The notes under the pieces: generated by a model
Seen by the model: only the letters and a program-made list of their open reading frames with translations
Told to the model about the DNA's origin: nothing
Databases searched by the model: none
In this document: one piece after another, positions 9,183 through 16,440 of the stretch
How the letters are laid out: each line of letters opens with the position of its first letter
Numbering within the stretch: the stretch's first letter is position 1
Made by a program: the position numbers and the translations under genes
NCBI GenBank assembly: GCA_038889235.1
Contig: JAWAHN010000002.1
Location: forward strand, 194,356-226,355
Reading direction: 5' to 3'
DNA: 32,000 nt
Source of the DNA: Candidatus Jordarchaeales archaeon
Lineage (GTDB): Archaea > Asgardarchaeota > Jordiarchaeia > Jordiarchaeales > Freyrarchaeaceae

Positions 9183-10420
9183 CAAAACTCCTTCAACGTC
9201 CTTTGCTTCAACAACAAATCTAGAAGCACACTTTTCGCCCGCCAATACCCCCACTCAAGTTTAAGGTTCTCCTTGACGTACCCTATAGCCTCATTAACAT
9301 CCTCAAACACTCTAGGCTTACCTCTCAACGCCGCCCTAACAGTTTCCCGTATAACCCACACTCCCAAAGGCATGATGTATCCGGGCCTAACTTCTCGAAA
9401 CACTATAACCAAAGCCTGCCTTCTAATCCTGTCCAAGTATTCAGCCACGGCCAATCGCGCCGCATAATATGCTCCCGAAACATTGAATGCATACTCCTTA
9501 CGCCCCCTATAACCCTCATAATCTCCCACTACAACAGGCTTTACTCCCTTAAGAAGCCAGGCGGTTCCAGGATACCATGCCTCAAGCTGCTCAAAACTCC
9601 AAGCATGTGGAACCATTAATATCACAAAGTGATTATCAAGGTAAGATTCCCTAAAAACCATAACCTTGTCTATTTCAGGGTATCCCCTAACCCTTGAGAG
9701 AATATCCTCCGATATGATGTCATCTGTGGCTGTTATCGCCCACCTCGTCGGAACAAGCTTCCTGTTTTCCTCTACCCCAAGTAATGCTGCCGATAAAAGT
9801 CGGGAAATGTAGCTTACCGGGAACCCTTCAAGGTAAAGCTGCACCACACCCTCCGAAGCTTTAAGATCTGAATCCCCTACGATTTCATCGACCTTTCGTG
9901 GAACTACAGGGTTGCTGGTCACCTTTAGGCTCTTTAAAGGTGCTGAGGGACCCATAGGCTGAGCGTGGCTGTCAAACTCCACCTTTAACCTCGGCTTTTT
10001 CTCCAACATCACCTCCATATCGACGGGCTTAAAACTCATTACAGCCTCTTGAGCCTCTAAGACCGGGCGCCCCCAACCCCCCTTCACGTCTACTCTAACC
10101 ACCCCCCTAACAAGGATACTCCTGTAACCCAAAATCTCTTCAATATTTCTTCCAAACCACTCCTCAACCCTATCAAACACGCTAACGTTTTCGCCCGAAA
10201 CAGGCGGCAGCATCGGACCAACAAACACTTGAGGGTAACCAAAATGCCCCACAAAGAAGGAAGGTGGCGAAGAACCGGAAATCTCTTGCTTCGAAACAAC
10301 ATCTTTCACTGGTGCAAAGAACTGAAACTTCATAAGAATGGGGCATCTAGGCTTACCACAAAGAAGCCGAGACCCTTTACATGAAACACAGACCTCACGC
10401 GGGACCTGAGGTTTAACCAT
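9179..10420 (-). CDS. nreA: Nre family archaeal DNA repair protein
   Basis: N-terminal CxxCKGxxxLCGxxxCP cluster, GSSPPSFFVG, LVPTRWAITATDD and C-terminal PIP-like QRTLKEF. Start taken at ATG 10420. Confidence 0.9.
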   Translation of the reverse strand: MVKPQVPREVCVSCKGSRLLCGKPRCPILMKFQFFAPVKDVVSKQEISGSSPPSFFVGHFGYPQVFVGPMLPPVSGENVSVFDRVEEWFGRNIEEILGYRSILVRGVVRVDVKGGWGRPVLEAQEAVMSFKPVDMEVMLEKKPRLKVEFDSHAQPMGPSAPLKSLKVTSNPVVPRKVDEIVGDSDLKASEGVVQLYLEGFPVSYISRLLSAALLGVEENRKLVPTRWAITATDDIISEDILSRVRGYPEIDKVMVFRESYLDNHFVILMVPHAWSFEQLEAWYPGTAWLLKGVKPVVVGDYEGYRGRKEYAFNVSGAYYAARLAVAEYLDRIRRQALVIVFREVRPGYIMPLGVWVIRETVRAALRGKPRVFEDVNEAIGYVKENLKLEWGYWRAKSVLLDLLLKQRTLKEFC

Positions 10421-10548
10421 ACATGTTCCCTGAAAAAACAAGCATCCTTAACCAAAATAAAACTTTGTCAGAAGAAGATCATACTTGCAAACTTACTAAA
10501 AACAAAAAGAGGAAATGTGTGTTATTTTTGTGGCGGCTGGTTGTTGTT

Positions 10549-10908
10549 TTATGCTGAGGCGGACTTTGCGCCGCCGAGAGCGCCCTCCATGAGTATTGCT
10601 ACCGCTGCGCCAATTATGGCTATGAGCCCACCGAGAACTGCTAAGACTGCCAGGTTTAGGGCACTCATCAACGCCGCTGCGAGCAATAGTTCAATGATTC
10701 CTAGAATTAAAGCTAAAATTGTACTGACCTTAACTAGCTTTCCAAGTGTCATTAGTATGCCGAAGATTAGTACTAGTAAACCTGCAACGAAGACGTAGTA
10801 GCCGACTACGGCACCGCCTGTCGCCTGTGCTAGTGTCTGTGCTCCTGCAAGCGGAGCTAGTAGCCCTAGGAGACCGCCTATGAGTACCAATATCCCGCCG
10901 ATCTTCAT
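10549..10908 (-). CDS. small hydrophobic membrane protein (~4 TM), unknown function
   Basis: 119 aa almost entirely G/A/L/I/V; strong AGGAGGT RBS and TATA-like TTTAAAAA at 10960-10953. Confidence 0.75.
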   Translation of the reverse strand: MKIGGILVLIGGLLGLLAPLAGAQTLAQATGGAVVGYYVFVAGLLVLIFGILMTLGKLVKVSTILALILGIIELLLAAALMSALNLAVLAVLGGLIAIIGAAVAILMEGALGGAKSASA

Positions 10909-10928
10909 TCTTTAAACCTCCTTTTTTC

Positions 10929-10945
10929 AGGGCTTCGAAAGCCCT
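10929..10945. promoter_or_regulatory. perfect 7-3-7 inverted repeat AGGGCTT-CGA-AAGCCCT between TATA and RBS of the membrane-protein gene
   Basis: Seen directly; operator versus 5'-UTR hairpin not resolvable. Confidence 0.45.
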
Positions 10946-11106
10946 TTGAGCCTTTTTAAACGTTTTCGTCTGAAAAGTAAGGGTTTACGATAAATGTCGA
11001 AATAAAAAGCAGGTTTCGCTAGCCCTCTTCGAAACTCATCGCCCCAAGTACCTTTAAATTTGTGCCTCTTTCCTCTTCCATAAGGGAGGGAAATCCATTG
11101 GTCTTT

Positions 11107-11862
11107 ATGGTTGACCCCCATGTTCACTCCGTTTTCAGGTCGCTTGAAGACTTTGAAGCTTTAAGTGTTGCCGGGGTAACGGACATAGTTTCAGTCGCGT
11201 TTTACCCTGTTACGCCTTCAAGCCCCGCTACCTTAATAGACCACTTTAGGCATATTCTTGAAGCCGAGCCGGAAAGATTCAGTGGCTTACCTATTAAAGT
11301 TCACTCAGCGGTGGGTATTCATCCAAGATGTATACCCGGGGACGTGAAGCCTGTATTCGAGTACATGGCGGAAGTCGTAGATCGTTGTGTTGCAGTTGGG
11401 GAAATAGGGCTTGAAACAGCCTCAGACCTTGAAACAGAGGTGCTTGAGAGACAGCTTAGATTGTGCAAGGAGAAGGATGTACCAGCAATAGTCCATACAC
11501 CTCGGAAGAACAAAAAACCTGTCACGGATAAGATTATTAATGTAGTAAAACGCGTTGGCTACTACAACATTATGATAGATCACGTCAACATCGAAAACAT
11601 AGAGTTAGTTGAAAGTCTAGATGTTCACATAGGTTTAACAGTTCAGCGCGGAAAACTTAACCCGGAAACCTTACTTCAAATTATTGAGCAATATGTTACA
11701 AAAAATCCCGAGAAATTCTTGCTAGACACAGACCTGGGGCGCGAGCCTTCAGACCTATTCTCCCTACCGAAAGCAGTGCAGTTCCTACGTGTGAAAGGCA
11801 TCGACCGCGAAACCATAGAACTTATTTCAAGCAAAAACGCCAGCTCCCTTCTTAAACTATAA
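11107..11862 (+). CDS. TatD-related TIM-barrel metal-dependent hydrolase
   Basis: VDPHVH, AVGIHPR, AVGEIGLE, IVHTPRKNK, IDHVN, LLDTD motifs. Start ATG 11107 preferred over the track's 11062. Confidence 0.82.
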   Translation: MVDPHVHSVFRSLEDFEALSVAGVTDIVSVAFYPVTPSSPATLIDHFRHILEAEPERFSGLPIKVHSAVGIHPRCIPGDVKPVFEYMAEVVDRCVAVGEIGLETASDLETEVLERQLRLCKEKDVPAIVHTPRKNKKPVTDKIINVVKRVGYYNIMIDHVNIENIELVESLDVHIGLTVQRGKLNPETLLQIIEQYVTKNPEKFLLDTDLGREPSDLFSLPKAVQFLRVKGIDRETIELISSKNASSLLKL

Positions 11863-11890
11863 GACTTTGAAAAAGGAGGGTTGAAGAAGC

Positions 11891-13174
11891 ATGGAGGCAT
11901 CAACGTGCCGCATAAAGGATTTATCATTTCACCTAGGAGAGCGCGTTGAGGTTAAGGGCTGGATACACCTAATTCGAGAGCACGGTAAAAACCTCACGTT
12001 CATAGTGCTCAGAGACGGGACAGGTTTCACGCAAGTAGTTGCAAGACGCGGGATCCCCGGATACGAGTCTCTCTCAAGTGTTTACAGAGAGGCAGCGGTG
12101 AGCATAATTGGTACGGTAGTAAAAGATGAGAGGTCACCTTACGAATATGAGCTCAGGGCTGAGCGCGTGCACGTCATCTCACCTTCAAGTCCAACAATAG
12201 AAGAAGAATATCAACCCGACTCTTCTCCAGACGTCCTCCTCGACAAGAGGCACCTCGTCATAAGAGGGGAGAAAACGTCTTCCATCCTGAAATACGTCGC
12301 CAAGCTACTGAAGTACTTCAGGGAGTTTTGTGAGGAAAGAGGATTAGTAGAAGTTGTCCCGCCACTAATAACCCGTGCCGCGTGTGAGGGAGGTGCAACC
12401 CTTTTCCCAATTAAGTATTTTGACGAGACAGCATACCTAACTCAGTCGTCTCAGCTCTACTTAGAAGCAGCCCTACCCGCGTTAGGGAACGTTTACTGCA
12501 TACAGAAGTCTTTCAGGGCGGAGAAGTCTAGGACGAGGCGTCACCTAACAGAGTACACTCACGCTGAAGTAGAACTCGCCTTCATAACCTTCGATGAACT
12601 AGTAAGCTTCACAGAAGACTTGATAATTCACATAGTTCAGAGAACGCTCGAAGAGGATGAATGGATCCTAAAAAAGCTAGGCGTCGACGACCTAAAAGTG
12701 CCAAAGAAGCCATTCAAACGGTTCACGTACAAGGAAGCCGTGAAAAAACTAAGGAGCGAAGGAGTTCCGATAAACGAAGGGGACGAAATAGAGGAATCCA
12801 TGGAAAGAAAGCTCGTAGACCAGCTTGGCGAACCCATCTTTCTAACCGAGTTCCCTGCCAGCCAAAAAGCATTCTACTTCAAGAGAAAGGATGGTGAAAT
12901 CACTCTCTCGATGGATTTACTGGTACCATATGTAGGGGAGATAGTGGGTGGAGGCATGCGTGAAGACGATTATGAAACACTCCTCCTCAGGTTAAAGGAA
13001 ATCAATGCAAACATCGAAGACTATCAATGGTACCTCGACCTCAGAAAGTACGGCTCAGTGCCGCATGGAGGCTTCGGATTGGGAGTCGAAAGAACAGTTG
13101 AGTGGATACTTAGACTTCCACACATACGTGAAGCTTGCCTTTTCCCTCGACTAATAAACAGGCTCACACCTTAG
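11891..13174 (+). CDS. asnS: asparagine--tRNA ligase
   Basis: OB-fold N-terminus (FIVLRDGTG), YLTQSSQLYLE, FRAEKSRTRRHLTEY, YGSVPHGGFGLGVER. Confidence 0.94.
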   Translation: MEASTCRIKDLSFHLGERVEVKGWIHLIREHGKNLTFIVLRDGTGFTQVVARRGIPGYESLSSVYREAAVSIIGTVVKDERSPYEYELRAERVHVISPSSPTIEEEYQPDSSPDVLLDKRHLVIRGEKTSSILKYVAKLLKYFREFCEERGLVEVVPPLITRAACEGGATLFPIKYFDETAYLTQSSQLYLEAALPALGNVYCIQKSFRAEKSRTRRHLTEYTHAEVELAFITFDELVSFTEDLIIHIVQRTLEEDEWILKKLGVDDLKVPKKPFKRFTYKEAVKKLRSEGVPINEGDEIEESMERKLVDQLGEPIFLTEFPASQKAFYFKRKDGEITLSMDLLVPYVGEIVGGGMREDDYETLLLRLKEINANIEDYQWYLDLRKYGSVPHGGFGLGVERTVEWILRLPHIREACLFPRLINRLTP

Positions 13175-14048
13175 ACATTTTAAAGTAACACCCAGTCCCC
13201 TTAACGTTCTCCGAAATCAAAGTAAAGTCTATCTTCACAAGTGGAAGCAAGAATGGAAACAGGACATAGTCGGGAATCTTAAACCTGCGAAGCAGCTCCC
13301 TTACCTCTTCAGCAAACTCACTGAAAAACTGATTATAGTATCCCAACTTTTCAAGTTTCATACCTGCCTCTCTTGCCAGCCTCTTAATCATAGCACTGTT
13401 ATACCTCCTCTGGTGACCAAGTTTTAAGTCATCCTCTGTCATTTTACTTTCTCCCTCACCTCGCAACAGGAACCTCACGCCTTCAGATGTAGGAACAGTT
13501 CCAATCAGGCTCCCTCCACGCTTCAACACGCGCCTAACTTCCCTCACGGTTTTTACATCGTCCGGAATATGCTCAAAAACATCTAACCCAATCACTAAAT
13601 CGAAACACTCTTCTCTGAAAGGAAGGTTCTGCCCGTCGCCGAGAACAAAGTCAACCGGAATCTTGTTGATCCTAGCAGACTTGCATCCCTCCCAAAAATC
13701 CTCGTTGGGAAGATCTAGCGCAACAACCCTGGCGTTCTCACATGTAAGAGCCACACTCCAAACCGCCCATCCGCAACCAACATCCAGCACCATAAGGCCA
13801 GGCCTTAACCCCAAGTTTGGTAGCACCCTACAAGCCCTCACAAAATCCAGGAGGTAAGGATGCCCCACCACCTTATAGAAAACCTCCCTAAACTTCACAA
13901 CCCAAGGGTGCGGATTATCATGCCTGTGATATGACAAATACCTCCCAATTAACGGCTTCTTAAACAACCCGAAACCTCCAACCCTTTCTCCCTCCCAAAA
14001 AGCTACAAGGCGTCCTTTTAGATATTTCGTCCAAATAACATCGAACAC
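13164..14048 (-). CDS. class I SAM-dependent methyltransferase
   Basis: VLDVGCG motif I, GDGQNLPF, FDLVIGLDVFEHI, RRVLKRGG; substrate unknown; GTG start uncertain. Confidence 0.85.
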   Translation of the reverse strand: MFDVIWTKYLKGRLVAFWEGERVGGFGLFKKPLIGRYLSYHRHDNPHPWVVKFREVFYKVVGHPYLLDFVRACRVLPNLGLRPGLMVLDVGCGWAVWSVALTCENARVVALDLPNEDFWEGCKSARINKIPVDFVLGDGQNLPFREECFDLVIGLDVFEHIPDDVKTVREVRRVLKRGGSLIGTVPTSEGVRFLLRGEGESKMTEDDLKLGHQRRYNSAMIKRLAREAGMKLEKLGYYNQFFSEFAEEVRELLRRFKIPDYVLFPFLLPLVKIDFTLISENVKGTGCYFKMSKV

Positions 14049-14273
14049 CCTGCATTTGTATTACAAATTTTTATAGAAGTAATACCAACTACGAACTATT
14101 TTTATTGCTATATTTTTTACTATGTAAACATATTTTTGTAATTATCTAAATTTTTTCTCCATAATTTTTGAGAAAATTCTATTTCGTGAGAAGAAAAAAA
14201 TATATTTTTAAGGCAATATTTACGTTTTTTGGGCGGGCGTCTCGAAAGTTATCGTAGGCGGCGGTGTCGCGAA

Positions 14274-14780
14274 ATGATATTAGATGTTTATGTGATGAAC
14301 AAAAATGGCATATGTTTGTGCAGGCGCAGTTATGGCAAAATATCTGAAAGTGAGGAGAACGTGGACGATCTACTTCTAACAGGTTTTATGAGCGCGTTGC
14401 TTTCGTTCACCGAACAAATGGGGGAGGCGAGACTAGAAGTTGTAAAAACAAACAAGTACCTTTTAGCCTGCAACACAAGTGACCCAATCGCAGTTATAGT
14501 TATTGCCTCTGGTGAAAGAGAGGAAGTGGTGAAAGAAGTTGCCAAGGAAATTTTAAAGCGCTTCAAAGGTCTTTATGCCCACTTACTGAATGATTGGGAT
14601 GGTAATATCGAGTATTTCCAAGCATTCGGCGAAGAAATAGACTATGTGGTGAAAAAGATGAAAAAAACAAACATAAGAGAGCTCATTAAAACCAACGAAA
14701 TGGATGCAAAAGAAATAGCTGAGATCATAATATCCGAAATCAACCAACAACTCCAAAAAATAATGGCAAAAAACGTGTGA
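14274..14780 (+). CDS. longin-domain protein with short helical tail
   Basis: VYVMNKNGICLCRRSY...LLLTGFMSALLSF...KEILKRFKGLY matches the longin pattern of 5167..7113. Start ATG 14274. Confidence 0.72.
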   Translation: MILDVYVMNKNGICLCRRSYGKISESEENVDDLLLTGFMSALLSFTEQMGEARLEVVKTNKYLLACNTSDPIAVIVIASGEREEVVKEVAKEILKRFKGLYAHLLNDWDGNIEYFQAFGEEIDYVVKKMKKTNIRELIKTNEMDAKEIAEIIISEINQQLQKIMAKNV

Positions 14781-15149
14781 ATTCCATAATATGTCTCCCT
14801 TAAGAAAAACAGTTTTTGAACATCAACAATCTTTGGCTAAAGTCTAACCTCCTCCAATTAACCTCTTTCCCTCCTTTAGCTGCCAGGTTTAAGACAGTAT
14901 TTATTCCCGTCTCAAAAGAGAAATCGCAACCTGTAAGCTTTTTATCCCTAAAAACTTAACCTTACATTTTCCAAGTAGAAAAATTTCCTTAGTATTGGGA
15001 TTACACACTCTTGGAGTAAAACTTTAAAATCGTAAAAATTTCGTAGCGTTAACAAGAGTCAAAGTTTTCACTGTGAAACATGTTGTTTCCTAGTTTTACA
15101 CTTTCATGCACGAGCTCTTTTACTGTTCCCAGCTCCTCAGCCCAAAAAT

Positions 15150-15620
15150 TTACTCGCCTTGTTTAACTATTACGAAGGTACACTTGTCATTTTTGTCGCT
15201 TCTTAGGCTTTCTGTGTAAACTTTGACATCGCCAAGCGCTTTACGGGCTGCAGCTTCTATCAAGCCGTGCGTGTAAGTGCAATAGAACTTGCTGGTAATA
15301 TCGAAATTTAGCATTTCAAACGGGCACGCGGTAAATATAATCCTAGCTTTTCCGTCACTACTCTCGAATGAAACAAATTTCTCTCCTATCACTGGGGCTA
15401 CCACATCCTTTGCTAAAAGTTCAACAAATTTCTCAAGGCTCCAATTCTTCACACCGTACTTTTCCCTCATCCTTGCTTCAGCACGCTCGCCCACGGATTC
15501 CCCAACCAACCTGAAAACAGTCCTAACGGTCTCCTTCCCTGCTATGGCGTCGATCTTGTTCATCAGGTTCTTGAACACGCGAGTGATGAAGCCGTGGAGT
15601 CTCACCAAATCTTCAGACAC
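15150..15620 (-). CDS. V4R/MetOD1-like domain protein
   Basis: VGESVG helix, IIFTACPF, FYCTYTHGLI and terminal KCTFVI strand (three Cys typical of V4R-superfamily). GTG 15620 after GGTGA. Confidence 0.65.
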   Translation of the reverse strand: MSEDLVRLHGFITRVFKNLMNKIDAIAGKETVRTVFRLVGESVGERAEARMREKYGVKNWSLEKFVELLAKDVVAPVIGEKFVSFESSDGKARIIFTACPFEMLNFDITSKFYCTYTHGLIEAAARKALGDVKVYTESLRSDKNDKCTFVIVKQGE

Positions 15621-15635
15621 ACTAATCACCACCAA

Positions 15636-16013
15636 CTAGTAAAGCAGCTTTTTAATTTCCTCAATAGCTTTCTCCATCTCCCAAAAAACAAGTCCTAGGT
15701 TAGCATCACTTCTAACTAGGACTGTTAAGAGGTGCTCTTCACCCACGCTCATGACCACAGTTTGCCCCCCGCTTCCAGTTATTAAAACGCGCTGTAACAT
15801 CCCTTGGCCAAGCTCAGCTACAGTTCTTTTACCAATACCTAGCGTGGCCACAGCCATAGCGGCGACAAGTCGTGGGTCAGCCACTTCTGAAGGCAAATCG
15901 GAAGCCACAAGCATTCCCTCACTAGAAACCACAGCACTACCTAGAACGTCAGCCACCCGCCGCTCTAATTCCTTCAAAACATTAACAAGCCTTTTTCTAA
16001 CATCCTCAGCCAT
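15636..16013 (-). CDS. roadblock/LC7 (MglB-like) domain protein
   Basis: GSAVVSSEGMLVASDLP, LVAAMAVATLGIGKRTVAELGQG, NLGLVFWEM; GGAGGG RBS. Confidence 0.9.
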   Translation of the reverse strand: MAEDVRKRLVNVLKELERRVADVLGSAVVSSEGMLVASDLPSEVADPRLVAAMAVATLGIGKRTVAELGQGMLQRVLITGSGGQTVVMSVGEEHLLTVLVRSDANLGLVFWEMEKAIEEIKKLLY

Positions 16014-16081
16014 TAAAAACCCTCCAACAAACTTCGAATGACAACCCGTTTCAACTAGAAATTAAATCTTACGGCCCAAAA

Positions 16082-16100
16082 TTAGTTTATGAAAAACTAA
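16082..16100. promoter_or_regulatory. 7-5-7 inverted repeat TTAGTTT-ATGAA-AAACTAA upstream of roadblock gene
   Basis: Seen directly; AT-rich, so chance is possible. Confidence 0.3.
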
Positions 16101-16161
16101 GCTTGCCCCCAATTTAAGAATACAAAATTTTTGCGAAAAAATTAAATGAGGGATAGAGTGA

Positions 16162-16259
16162 TGGTGGGCCCGGCGAGATTCGAACTCGCGACCTCCCGGT
16201 TATCAGCATCGCCCCACTGTGCTTGGTCGGGCGCTCTAACCAGGCTGAGCCACGGGCCC
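16162..16259 (-). tRNA. trnI: tRNA-Ile(GAU), intron-containing, encoded CCA
   Basis: Reverse complement: GGGCCCG acceptor, GCTC/GAGC D arm, CCCG^G-CT-GAT-AA-CCGGG anticodon arm after removing 20 nt, GCGAG-TTCGAAT-CTCGC T arm, CGGGCCC-A-CCA. Anticodon at 16204-16202. Confidence 0.96.
16208..16227 (-). other. 20-nt tRNA intron at position 30/31 with hBHBh' motif
   Basis: Intron ACCAAGCACAGTGGGGCGAT; central helix CGCC(25-28)/GGCG; bulges CG|A and AT|G; inner helix CCA/TGG; outer pairs G24-C32 and A23-U33. Confidence 0.92.
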
Positions 16260-16279
16260 ATACGCTCAGTTTAACTATC

Positions 16280-16297
16280 TTTAAAAAATTCTTTTTT
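16280..16297 (-). promoter_or_regulatory. BRE/TATA-like promoter of the tRNA-Ile gene
   Basis: Minus strand reads AAAAAAGAA-TTTTTTAAA about 21-29 nt upstream of tRNA G1. Confidence 0.6.
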
Positions 16298-16440
16298 ATG
16301 GTTTTCGGATGAGCCCTCTTTTGTGGGCGACTTTTTCTGCAGGCTGCTAGGGTTATTCTATCTGAAAAAGAGTAAATTTTATAACAACTTCAACTTGATG
16401 TAACTTCGACCCGAAGAGGGGAAAGAAAGGGGTATGATGT

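Noticed and set aside
11003-11045. GGCGATGAGTTTCG...CGAAAC hairpin on the minus strand as a fluoride riboswitch, SECIS or C/D sRNA
   Set aside because: Lacks the TCGCC pairing partner of crcB; stem is only 6 bp with no GA quartet; no D box found.
14050-15149. Replication origin in the AT-rich spacers
   Set aside because: No ORB-like GTTCCA...GGAAAC/G-string repeats and no adjacent cdc6/orc1 or whiP gene.
13164-16162. Integrated element at the tRNA-Ile 3' end
   Set aside because: I found no duplicated tRNA 3' sequence (att), integrase or viral/plasmid genes in the window.
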